A DNA stretch of 64,000 nucleotides from Cenococcum geophilum. Taxonomy: Eukaryota. Every line of letters starts with the position of its first letter. Position 1 is the first letter of the stretch. The position numbers were made by a program, and so were the translations under genes. Under the pieces are notes generated by a model, which ran no database searches, was not told where the DNA came from, and was given only the letters and a program-made list of their open reading frames with translations. The DNA is taken from positions 21,080,001 through 21,144,000 of the forward strand of contig CP158635.1 of NCBI GenBank assembly GCA_050273025.1, read 5' to 3'. Positions 37,985 through 51,000 of the stretch are shown here, piece after piece.

Positions 37985-40900
37985 CTAACTAAAGAGGAGT
38001 TAAGAGCACTTAAAGAGTTTATCTAGGAAACCCTATAAAAAGGATATATTAGATTATCGCAGTTATTAGTAGGATATCTAATACTATTTATACTAAAGAA
38101 AAACAGAAAGCTTAGGCTATATATTAAGTATAAATAATTAAACAGCATTACTAAGAAGGATAGGTATCCTTTACCCTTAATTAGTAAAATCTAAAATAAA
38201 ATTGGTAACGCGCAAATCTTTATAAAGATAGATCTGAGATAGGTATACTACTAGATTAGAATTAAGGAAGGCAATAAATAAAAGGCAGCCTTTAGGTTAA
38301 AGGAAGGACTATATAAACTATTAGTTATGCAATTCGGACTTATAAATATACTAGCGACGTTTTAGAAGCAAATTAATAGCATATTAGGAGAACACCTTAA
38401 TAAGTTTATTATAGTATACCTTAACGATATTATTATCTACTTAATAACTAAAAAAGAATACGGAGAATATATTAAATAGGTCTTAAAAAGACTATAGAAA
38501 GAATAAATACTAAGAAATAAAAGTTCTTTACTAGGAAGACTAATTTTATTAGATTTATTATTAAACTAGGTTATATTAGTATAGACCTAAAGAAAATTAA
38601 AGCTATAGTGAGTTAGTAAGAATTAGAGAACGTAACGTAGTTAAGATTATTTTTAGGGTTTTGCAACCAGTATAAAAGGTTTATAGCATAGTAGTTAAAG
38701 AATATTAAACTATAAGTATAAAAGAGGAATAAAAAAAACTATTTAAAGAACTTAAGGAGTTGTTTACCTAGGAACTAATCCTTAAGATATATTAACTAGA
38801 ATTAGAGACGGTTATAGAAATAAACGTATTAAACTTTATACTAGGAGTATGCTTACTATAAAGGTATAGAAATATATAGCACCTAGTAGTATACTATAAA
38901 AGGAAGATAATACTACTAAAATTAAACTATAACATTTATAATAACAAGTTATTAGGTATAGTTATAGTATTTAGGAAATAAAGAGTATTCTTATAAGGTA
39001 TAGAGAAACTATTTATAGTTAAAATGGATTATAAGAACTTAATAGAGTTCTTAATAATAAAAGAACTTAACCGGAGATATCTTATATATACTAAAATAAG
39101 GTCTTAGTAAGAGTTACAATTAGTCTAAATTTATTTAGGTCACCTAATAAGGTATATACTTCCTACGTACTACCCCATTAAATTCAACCTTGCGACCAAC
39201 CCTTTTGTACTTATAATGCACCCCCTAATATTACCTAAATAACATTTTTATTAGTATTAATTTATAGAGCTTGCAAATCACTTTAAAATACTACCACTTT
39301 TATTTAAATATCCTAAGGATAAGTAGACGTAGAGCTTTGCGAAGCTTTACAGAGCTTTATGGAATAAGGGGGAGCTATATACGGAGCCTATTAAATTCGC
39401 AACTTCGCGGCCTTGCGACCTCTTTCCTACCCTTATCCCTTCTTCTTCTTCTATATTATTACTCTAATTACTATTTCTTACCTACCATCTAAATGCCTTC
39501 TAATCGTTCATTTTGTACTGCCTATAAGTAATATTACTCTTCCGCTGATTTTATAACGAACTGTTTTAAAGCTCTATATAAGACCTATAAATATTATAAG
39601 GTTAATCCTTTATTTGCTTTTTTAACCTACTACCTTTCTAACTCTATATATATATAGGAGAAAAAAAATAGGTGGTCCTGGTAACCTTTAGCGGACCTTC
39701 CGCAGCCTATAAACTAGACTATAGCCGCTACTACCTCCGTTATTGCCTCCGCTACTACTTTCGCTACTACTTCCGCCGCTACTTCTCCCCTAATACTACC
39801 CGTATTAATTTAGCCGCGACCTACTATAGTCCGCCCTATTGCGGAGCAGCCAGATTATAGTCCTATTACTATAGTCCGCCATATTATAGAGCAGCTAGAT
39901 ATTAGTCCTATAAACGTTACCTATAACTTCTACGCAGACCTATATTGGATTAATAAATATATTAGTATATTATAGCCTAGTAATCTATGCTTTAAAGCCT
40001 ACTGTAAGTATAGTAATATAAACCTCCCTCTATTCTAGCCTCTACTAGAATACCTACACAACCTTTTAGAGTCCTATAGTACTTCTACTAAGTAGTTTAA
40101 AGAGCAGCTCCGCGTATATAATATAGCATTAGTTTTTACGTCCGTAAACTATACTATTACTAACTATAGTATAGCCCGCGGCGGCCCGAATTGCTTCTAG
40201 ATATATAGTGAGCTTTACTACCTATAGGGCCCGCTAAAGCCTCCTACTAACATTACTCCGCGGTATACGCAGCTATACCTTTAATAACCCTAGTTATGCT
40301 ATAAATATCCAGCTATAGGCCCGTCTTAATACCTAGCTAGATATAACTATTCTATAGTACCTTACTACTATACTATCTAAGATACAGAACCCTTTTATTA
40401 CCCTTTACTAAACCGTAAGGGAACGGCTTTAGGCTTAGCCCGTAATAACCCTATTATAAATTATTTTAAACCTATAAATATAGCTTATTTTAAAGGCTAA
40501 CGCTAATTAGCGCTATAAAAACCTCCTAATAAGTAACGAGGTGGCCGTTATTATACTAGATAAGTTTAGTAATACTAACTTCCGTAATATTATACTTATA
40601 GAGCGTTGTGCGCCTAATAAGTAGCCGCGATACTGCCGTATTAACTTGACGCATGCCGTATATATACCGCTCTACTATATACTACTCTTCCCCCGTAGTA
40701 ATACTGGCTAGCACTAAGGTCTTTAGCTACGCGACTCTAATTAAACCTACTAGTGAGACCATTTAACCTAGTAGGCGTACTTTTAGTTCTACCTACACAT
40801 CTATATCCACTCTAGGTTAGTCCCTTTTGCCTACTACTAGCTATTTTAGTAGTATGTTATAGATGTATAGGTACTATATAATTAGAATAAGCTTAACTAA

Positions 40901-41635
40901 ATCTGCTTTTACTAACCTACCCTCTATATAGAGCTATATAACGGCGTTATAAACGCTTTTACCCACGCCGATCTAGACCCTAAATTATTAGGCCGCTATA
41001 TAGTCCTTTTATTAAGCTTTCTTAGCAGAGCTCGCTTTATCGGCTAGTGCTATTAGGATTTAATAGCTATTATTTATAAATACGGCCGTCTAAGTATATT
41101 TATTTCGTTTACTGCTAACCCTAAATAGGATAAGATTACCCGTAAGCTACTATTTAGCTAAACCACTATAGATAGGCCTAATTTGGTTATACGCGTCTTT
41201 TATATAAAAGTTATTTACCTTTTACACGACCTAAAATAGAAGTAAATTTTCGGCCGGTACCGCGGCTCTATTTAGACTATTAAGTACTAGAAATAGAGCC
41301 TACCTTATTTATACCTGCTACTCTTCCTATATTTATATAACTATAATAGGCTGCTAGACCTAGTTATTATTAACCGTTTTATATCCGCTAAGCTTTTATA
41401 GCTAGAGGACAATTCTACCAGTTATCTTACTAAGATTGTTAAGTTAATAATAGTTTACGGCCCTTACGGCTCCTAAAATCCGCGAGCCCCCTATATAGTT
41501 GCCCTAGGGTTAGGCCTTCCACTAACCTACTTAAGGCGGTACCCTAAGCCTTTTAACCCTACTACTATTATATATAAGGACGGCTATCTAAAATACCGCT
41601 ATTATAATAATCTGCGGTTATAGTCTATCCGCTTA

Positions 41636-42840
41636 CTGTCTTTTGCAAAAGATCGGGAACTCGCTAAGAGCCACGACGCGCGCGTCCACCCCACGATCAA
41701 AATAATATACCCCCTTATAGTCCTACCAATATAGCTCTATATTTTATAAATAGAGGCCTATTTTATAGCTCTATTCTAGGGCCATAAAATAAGCCCTTAT
41801 TTATATATTTTAGGGCTATTTTGGTAAAGTTATGGGGGGTACTTATTTCTAGAAATGGAGGGGTTAGATTAGTCAGCGCAGAGCCTTAATTTAAGTTTTA
41901 CTGCCACCCCCTATAGCCCTACTAAAATGGCTCTATATTTAATAAATAAAGATCTATTTTATAGCCCTAGAATAGAGCTATAAAATAGGCCTCTATATAT
42001 ATAAATTGGATTAATATTGGCGGAATTATAGAGGGTAATATACTACTGCTATTTAACGATTTTATTAACATTTCCAAAACAGCAGTATACCCCCTATAGC
42101 TCTATGTTTTATAAATAGAGGCTTATTTTATAGCTCTATTTTAGGGCTATAAAATAAGCCCTTATTTATATAATTTAGGGTCGTTTTGGCGAAGTTATAG
42201 GGGGTTTATTTTTAGGAATGGCGGGGTCGGATTAGCTAGCGCAGAGCCTCAATTCAAGTTTACAGCCACCCCCTATAGCCCCACTAATACAGCTTTATAT
42301 TTAATAAATAAACGCCTATTTTATAGCCCTAAAATAGAGCTATAAAATAGGCCTCTATCTATAAAATATAGAGCTATATTGGTGGGGCGATAGGGGGTAT
42401 ACTACTGTTTTGGAAATATTAATAAAATCGCCAAACCGCAGTAGTATATCACCCTATACAATCCCACCAATATTAATCCAATGTATATATATGGAGGCCT
42501 ATTTTATAGCTCTATTTTAGGGCTATAAAATAGGTCTCTATTTATTAAACATAGAGCTGTATTGGTGGAGCTATAGGGGGTAGCTGTAAAACTTAAATTG
42601 AGGCTCTGCGCTGGCTAATCCCACTAAAAATAAGCACCTCCTATAACTTCACCAGAATAGCTCTAAAATATATAAATAAGGGCTTATTTTATGGCCCTAG
42701 AATAGAGCTATAAAATAGGCCTCTATTTATAAAATATAGAGCTATATTGGTGGGACTATAAGGGGGTATATTATTTTGATCGTGGGGTGGACGCGCGCGT
42801 CGTGGCTCTTAGCGAGTTCCCGATCTTTTGCAAAAGACAG
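41636..42840. mobile_element. 1205-bp non-coding foldback/MITE-like DNA element with long TIRs and TA TSD
   Basis: TA|CTGTCTTTTGCAAAAGATCGGG...CCCGATCTTTTGCAAAAGACAG|TA; ~215-bp near-perfect terminal arms plus internal inverted and direct subrepeats; the Helitron frame rejoins across the TA. Confidence 0.93.
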
Positions 42841-45800
42841 TACTAGGGGGAGCTATATTTAAAATAAATAACCCTAGATTATTCTATACTCTCTATATCT
42901 AACTATAAAGTATTATACGTATATAAATATTAAGGTCTGCGCCTTTATAAAATCCGTTAAGTATATCTATAAGTATATATATAAGGGAAACGACTATACT
43001 ACTTTACGGCTTATAGACGGTAATAAGGTAAGCTAGTATTTATAGGGCCGTTATATTGGCCCCTCTAAGGTAATCTAACGGCTGTTTAAGTTTCCTATTT
43101 ATAAGGAGTTCCCCCCTATAATCTAGCTTATGGTGCACTTTCTAGGTAAGCAGTCTATATACTTTTAGCTAGACAAGTCCGTATAGGAGATCTAGTAGCG
43201 CCTTAAGCTCTCCTATTCTATATTAACGGCCTTTTTTTTAAGTATAACGCGAAGTATAAGGATAGCCGTAACTGCCTATATTAAGACTTCCCCAAGCGGT
43301 ACGTCTTTTATATAAAGCGGCGGGAATGGCGTCCTCGCTAGTAAAGTACCGTAATAGGCCGTATATATTACCACAGCTCTATTACGGGGGAGAGGTTCTA
43401 CTTACAGCTACTATTAACGTCTATTTTTAGCCCTACCTTCTTTAAGGACCTTTATACCGTTGCTAGGATAGTCTATCTAACCTTCTAGACCGCCTACGTA
43501 GCCTTAGGGCTACTAGAGGATAATTATAAATTAATTAATTACTTAATAGAGGCTGCCGTTTTTATTATTAGCGCCTAGCTACGCTCCTTATTTATAATCG
43601 CTTTACTTTATAGCCCTATTATAGAGCTAGTTACTTTATAAAACCGCTTTAAATAGTCTATTTATAATAATCTACCTCGCTTTCTAGCCCGCTAACCTAA
43701 TACTCCTTTTATAGTTAGTAAGGATAATAACGCCTATCTTAATTACGGCCTATACCTTATTTATTAAATACTTATAGATTACTAGAAGACGCTTATAGAC
43801 TACAGCCTTCCCCAATTCTAGTACTAGTAGGGTATTATTACGGAGGGAAGTAACCTGCTTTTTATAATAGAGCTATAGTAATATAACCCTATAGAGGAAG
43901 AACGCTAGTTTATTAAGCTACGCTAGCTATTACGGACGCTTTAAGTACAATATTACGACTACTTAGGGAAGAGTTAGAAGAAGCTAGTTGGTTAATTTAG
44001 GCACGGTCTAGAATGGAGCCGATAGAGCTATATGACGAGGAATAGTAACTAAGGTCACGTAATGTGATCTGTATAATCTATAGGATCTATATAATCCGTA
44101 ATAGAGTAGATAAAACATACGTATATTATATATAAGAAGGATTTTATAGAAGTACGGTTGTATATTTAAGGACCCTTAATCCTTACCTAAATAGTTCCTT
44201 TCTTATAATAATTCTTAGAATATAATTAGAGTTAATCTATTAGGCAACTACTCTACTAGTTATTATTACGTTGTTAACTTTAATTTATATTACCTATATA
44301 CCTAGCCTATTAACGAGCCTATTATAGTACTTGCTATAAGGTTCCGTTATATAATTACTACCTAGTTATAGTATTAAATATAAAAGTTAAACAATATGCC
44401 ACTAAAAGCAGCTACTATAACGCTATTAACGGCGGCAACTACTTTAAGGTTAGGTAACAACACTAGTATAGCAGACACTAACTTATAGTAACCTATAACG
44501 ATTGGATAACTATAAGAGATAGTTAACTAGCTAAGAGAAAATAATATAATGTTAAAAAATAGGATTAATGGGATAGGAGTAGCGAAGATTAAGCTACTAT
44601 TAATTAAAAGGTACTTAGGAGAAAGATTAAAACTTAAAGGATTCCTTACGTAAATATACTTTAAGGTTATATAAGAAGGAGCTAAGCTACTAATACTTAT
44701 GGACCAAATAGCGTATGCGGGATTATTCCTATTAGAAAGAGCACTTAAGTAGTTTAAGCTTTACCTTATAGAAATATAAGCGAATAGAATAACAACCACT
44801 AATTAAGAAGTACGGTTTATATTTATAAGCTAGGAAGGGTTTATAGAGTAACTTATATAGATATTTAGAGACCTAGAGGTAGTAACTATAGCGGAAAGAA
44901 AGCTCTAAAATATTATATAATAAACCTTAGTAATTAAGTATATAACGCAGTTCTAGACATTAGTAATATAAGTTAAGTGGAATAATAGGGCGCTTATAGC
45001 ATAGTATAAATAAGGACTTAAGGCTAAAGTTTAGGACGTAATTATCCTAATAGAAGATATAAAAACCCTAAGGGAACTAATAGATTAAGTAATTAAGATT
45101 AATAATTAGATTTACTAAAGGGAATAGGCTAAAAGAGGCTAGGATAGAATTCTATAGTTATATAAGGCGTAGAGCACGCAATAACTAAAGCTAAGTTAAA
45201 AACTATAGTATAGCGCAGAGCTAATAGACCTAAGTAGTATTAAAGAAAAGAAATAGTTTAAAGAATAACTATAAAAACCTAAAGAATAAGAATTAAGTAA
45301 TTAAAGGTCTAAGGAGCAAAAGCCGAATTAGGGATTTTAGTAGTAGAAGACGTTTAGGCGGACTCTATAATAGGAAAAATAGTTTAAAGAAGGAGCTTAT
45401 ATAAATTACGGAAAATAAGGTTATTACGTTAAAGACTATAGAAGTGGTTAAAGTTACTATATAGTAAAAGGAATAAGACTAGTAGATAATATACAAATAT
45501 AGAGGGATAATAATATGCTATAAAAAACAAAAGAATGTTTAATTAAAAGTTTTATGTTTTACTATAATAATATATACCAAATTTATAAGGACGCTAAATA
45601 TGGCGTAAGCTATTAGCTATAGGAGCTATATTTAGTAAAATATAAAGGAACTAATAAACTAGTTTATAGATTGGATATTAAGGATAATAGCTTTAATATA
45701 GGCGAAATATTTTATAACAATAAGGTAATAGAGGTGGTTTACTAGAAATATATAGACCTTAAAAATATTATATAAGAGGTAGAGGATAATTCCACTACAG

Positions 45801-48002
45801 AATAGGGAATATTAGTAGGGATTAAAACCCTACTAGATACGATGTCTATCGCTTTATAAGACGTAAGAGAAGTAGAATAGTAAGCTACTTTAGCACTTAA
45901 TAAAGGCAAAAGACCAAAAGACTAAGATTTTTAAGACGAGATAAAGTAAGCTTAAGGACCTATAATAGATAATAACTAATAAAGCAGAGTAATAGCTTAG
46001 TTTAATAATATATAAATAAGCTTAGGACAAAGTTTCCTAAAGGTATAAGACTCTTAAGACGAGATAAGTGAGATTTAAGACTCTTAAGATAAGATAAGAA
46101 CACTAAGTAAGCCTAGTTAAACCAAGGCTAGAGCTAAGCTTAAAACAGAAGTAAGCTTAGGATTAAGAATCCTATAGAACTAAGATTTTTAGATAAGAAT
46201 AAGGACTATTAAAAAATATAATACTAAGATTAAGAAGTAAGAAGACTTTAAGGATCTATCTATAAGATATAAACTAAAAGAAACTATAGAGGAATTTAGG
46301 TAAAGAATTATCGCATAGTAAGAATAGAAACTAGATAAGAGATCTAGTATATTAGGACGTATAAGGGATAGAGTATTAGTATAAAGAATTACTAATAGGC
46401 TTAAGGTAGGCACACTAAGAGCTAAGTGGCTTACTAAATTAGAAAATAAAAAGGATTTAGGAATTCCTACTAGGTTTAAGGAATAATATATAAAAGGCTA
46501 TTATAATATAGTAATAAGAAGATACTTCCTTATAAATAAGCCGTATATACTTTAATAGCTATACTAAAAGTAGTATAGATAACGATATAATAATAAGTAG
46601 GAAGATTTCTATATATAGTTAGATAAAAGAGTTATCTAAAACTACTTAATTATAGAAAAGGCTATAACTTATATTAAAAGAGCCTTAATTATAACGTTAA
46701 AGGATTTAAAGGAATAATTAGAGGACTAGAGAAGTAAAAGATATATCTTAGTACCTACGAATAAAGTTATAATATTTAGATTAGTATAATAGAAGTTTAA
46801 ACTTAAAGATAAAAATAAGTTAAGAGTTAACCTAAAGCACCTAGCACACTATACACTATTATAGATTATATATAAAATGTACAAGAATCTAAAGGAAAAT
46901 AATTAGAAATACCCTATAAGGATATATTAGGCATTAGATAAGTAATAATACCAGAATGCTAAGTATATATATAGCTGGCATTTAATAGAAATCTAAGAGG
47001 AAGGAGACTTAATATTTTAACTAGAAAGATTCCTTACGGAAGAATACTTAGATAAATAATAGTAGTAGGAGTACCTAAAGAATATATATCTATAATATAT
47101 TAAAAATAAAAAGCGAACTAGGTATTAGCTAAAGAGTAAGCTAAGTATAATAGGATTAAGTAGCTAAAAATTAGGAAAAGTGGAGACCTATAAAACTAAA
47201 GGAAGCTAGTAGTAAAGCCTTAGACCCTTAAAGAAATTTAAGGATAATACCTAAATTTATAAGTTAAATAGTAAGATTAACAGTTTAAAGCGCTAATAAA
47301 TAGTGGAGTAACGCGAAACTATATTTTACTAATAATAGTTAAAAGAATAGGATTACCTTATAAATAGAAGGAATAACCTTACCTATTAGTTATAATTTTA
47401 GGAGATCTAATAGAGGGATTATTAATCTAGAAATAGGACCTATTTAAATAATTATTAAAGGAAAACAAGTTAAGATATCTTTTAATATCCTACTATTAGG
47501 ACGGGATAAGGTAGTATTAGAGATGCCTTAGTTATAGGAATATAATCTAAAAATTAATTAGATTATAGGCTAGGTCAATATTAGAGATACTTAATATTAT
47601 AAAATGTAATAGTAAACTAAGTTGGTATAGTACTAAGTAGGAGTAATATATAAAGAGACTAAGCGAGGCTTAAGTTATATACTAAAAAGATACTATAAGT
47701 ATAGCAAGAAACTATAGTTATTAAAAAGTAAGAAGCTGTTAGATTATATAGTATAGAACTATAAAATAGAGTTAGAACTAGGAATAAGTCTAAGGTTTTT
47801 TCTAACCTATAAGCTTATTAAAGAAGAAGGTAAAGCACTTAAGGAGTTTATTTAGGAAAACTTATAAAAGGGATATATTAGACTATTGCAATTATTAGTA
47901 GGTTATCTAGTACTATTTATACTAAAGAAAAACGGAAAACTTAGATTATGTATTAATTATAGATAGTTAAATAGCATTACTTAAAAGGATAGGTATTCTT
48001 TA

Positions 48003-51000
48003 TATAACGGAACCTTATAGTAAGTACTACAATAGGCTTATTAATAGGCTAGGTATATAGGTGATGCAAATTAAAGTTAATAACGTAATAATAATTAGTA
48101 GAGTAGTTGCCTAATAAATTAACTCTAATTATATTTTAAGAATTACTATAAGGAAGAAACTATCTAGGTAGGGATTAAGGGTCCTTAAATACATAACCGT
48201 ACTTCTATAAAATCCTTCTTATATATAATATATATATACTCTATCTACTCTATTATAGATTATATAAATCCTATAAATCCTATAAATTATATTATATAAC
48301 CTTAGTTACTATTCCTTATTATATAGCTCTATTAGCTTTATCCTAAACTATACCTAAATTAACTAACTAGCTTCTTTTAACTCTTCCCTAAGTAGTTATA
48401 ATATTATACTTAAAGTGTCCGTAATACTATTTCCCTTCTTTTTATCTTTATCCTTAAAGATTCTAAGTATCTTTAAGTTATTTACTAGAGGTATAATATC
48501 CGTCTAATTAATTTAGTTAATATTATTACTTATTATACCTAAAGCAATTTCTTCATCTTTAACGGCCCGTTATATTTATACTATTACTATAATATTATCT
48601 TTTAGTAAGATTATACCGTCTCTATATTCTTGCTATTTAAAAGAGGGGTTAGTTTATATTATATTAGCGAACCTATTTTCGCGATAACTATTCTTTTATT
48701 TAGAGTGCACTAAAGCGAATATTTATTTATCCTATAACGTTCGCTTTATCTTTAATACTAAGTATATATAACCTATTACTCTTAATAGTTATCTAGTTCC
48801 CTAATTAATTTATCTTAGGGTTTTATATTTAATCTACTACTACATAGCTAGATAATAAATTATCTATTACTTTAGCGGAGTTATACTATTCTTTTAATGC
48901 AGAATAGGAGGCTGCCGATACTTAATAACGGGCCCTTAAGTCTCGTCTTACGGCGTCTACTCGGTTAATCTATCTTAAGAAGGTTTATAAAAAGGTCCGT
49001 TTTAAAGAATAGAAGCTTATAGAATAAGGTCTATAGAAACTTAGTAATAAAAAAACGGATTTTTCTTTAATAGAGAAGGAAATAAATCTAAGTAGTTTAG
49101 TAACTGCTCTTTTTAGGTCCCCCTTAAGTAACTTATTTTTTAGTAATTTTTTTTTATTAATACTGCCTAACTTAATTTCTTCTAATACTTTTATACCTTT
49201 TCTATAGCGTTCTTTAAATTTTCTAGTAGTTCCTAGGTAGTTTTAGTATAGCCTATCTACTTAACCTTATACTATATTTTATTATTAATATCCTTATAAC
49301 TAATAATCTTTAAAACTTACTATTTATCCTCTTTCTGTCCTTTATATATATCTACTTTATAAACTAGTAGCTTAACATTCCTATATACTAGCTTTAGCAT
49401 TATGAAATACTATATAGAGTAGATTTTTATTTTAGCTAGTAGGTCTAACTTAAATATAACTAGTAAAATTCTTTATATAATTTTATAAGGTCCTAGTCTA
49501 ATATAGTTTAACTTTTTACTTAGTTATTAACTCTTAAAATTTTTATATAGTAGCTATACTTTATCTCCCTCCTTAAGATCTAGTCCCTTAGATCTCTTAA
49601 CATTATAATACTTTTTTATTCTCTTTTATACTTTCTTTACTAATTCTATAAGGTCTATATAAAGATTTATTAATATTTTTATTCTTTCTTTAACTATACT
49701 ACTTATTTTCTTTACTTACTATAGTAACAACAATGTTCTTAGCTTATATCTATAGTTTGCCTTAAATAGTAATATACATATCCCTTCTTATAGTGTTATA
49801 TTATATATAAACTATATAACTAGTAATAATAATACCTAATTATTCTATATATAATTAATATAATACCTTAGATATTATTCTAGTATCTAATTTAATCTTT
49901 TTATTTAACCGTCTATCTGCGGATAATATACGGTAGAAGTTACTACTCTAACTCCTTACTCCGCTAAGAATATCTCCTAAAATACTACTATAAATCTTAG
50001 GTCTTTGTCTAATATAATCTTATTTAGTACTCTATATCTTATAAATACTTCTTTAATATAGATTCTAGCGATATCTTCTACCAATATTCCTTCTGTGTAT
50101 ACTATAAAGTATCCCTACTTTATAAGCTTATCTACTATTACTAAAATCGCGTTATAATCTTATCTAGTAATAAAATCTCTTAACTTTAATAATTTAATAA
50201 TAAAGTCCTATAATATAACCTTCTATAGTCTCTCTAGTATTTTAATAGGTTATAGCCCTCTATATAGCTTATACCTTATTAGTTTATTTCTTTAGTAATC
50301 TAGACACTCCTTTATAACTTTTTATACTAAGCCTTAGATTCTATTAATAATATACTCTTCCTAGAGTCTTAATACTAAGCCTATAGCTCCGTTATATCCT
50401 TAAGTTATTCCTTTATAGAAATCTTCTATAAAGTGTTCTGCTATACTTCTTAGAATATACTTTACTTCTTAGTATTTATATAATATTTCTTCTTTTAGAT
50501 ATTCCAACTATTCTTTTAGCTATACTTTAAAAATCCTTTATACCTAAAAGCTTTTTAGTATTTTATAGATTCTTCCTAACTCCTTATCCTCCTAAATTGC
50601 TATAATCTTTAGATAATTATATCTAATTAATCTATCTATATCTTTTCGCAGTAAAGCTCCTAATAGCTTTTTATTATTTTATAGTTTAGCTTTTTAACTT
50701 AGAGCATCTACTTATATATTATCTATACCCTTAGTATACTAAATCTTAAAATAGTATTCTATAAGCATCTCTGCCTATCTAACCTATCTTTAGTTAAGTT
50801 CCTTTATTATTAGGAATCCTATTAGGTTTTTATAATCTATTTTAACTATAAATAGTTTTTCTATACCTTATAAGAATACTCTCTATTTTTTTAGTGCTAT
50901 AACTATACCTAATAACTCCTTATTATAGATATTATAGTTTAACTTTAGTAGTATTATTTTCCAACTATAGTATACTATTAGGTGCTATTTATCTTAGTGT

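Larger units (their letters stand above)
13181..39079 (+). mobile_element. Basal Gypsy 'element B' of the 7.8-kb family, in three pieces (13181-14398, 34438-35790, 37990-39079); no LTR visible in the window
   Basis: The pieces are colinear with the gag, protease and RT/RNase H regions of A, G and H. They rejoin across TSD AAAGT (element A) and TSD CTAAC (element F). Several internal deletions. Confidence 0.8.

Noticed and set aside
39271..39860. ORFs 39271..39492 and 39672..39860
   Set aside because: Low-complexity, non-ATG frames in the RIPped Helitron 5' region.
41700..42780. CRISPR-like or satellite array
   Set aside because: The repeats are inverted subunits of a TIR element without unique spacers, in a eukaryotic context.
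46189..46413. 74-aa hydrophobic minus-strand ORF resembling a signal peptide
   Set aside because: It is antisense to A-rich gag of element G; the Leu/Ile/Tyr bias is a RIP artefact.
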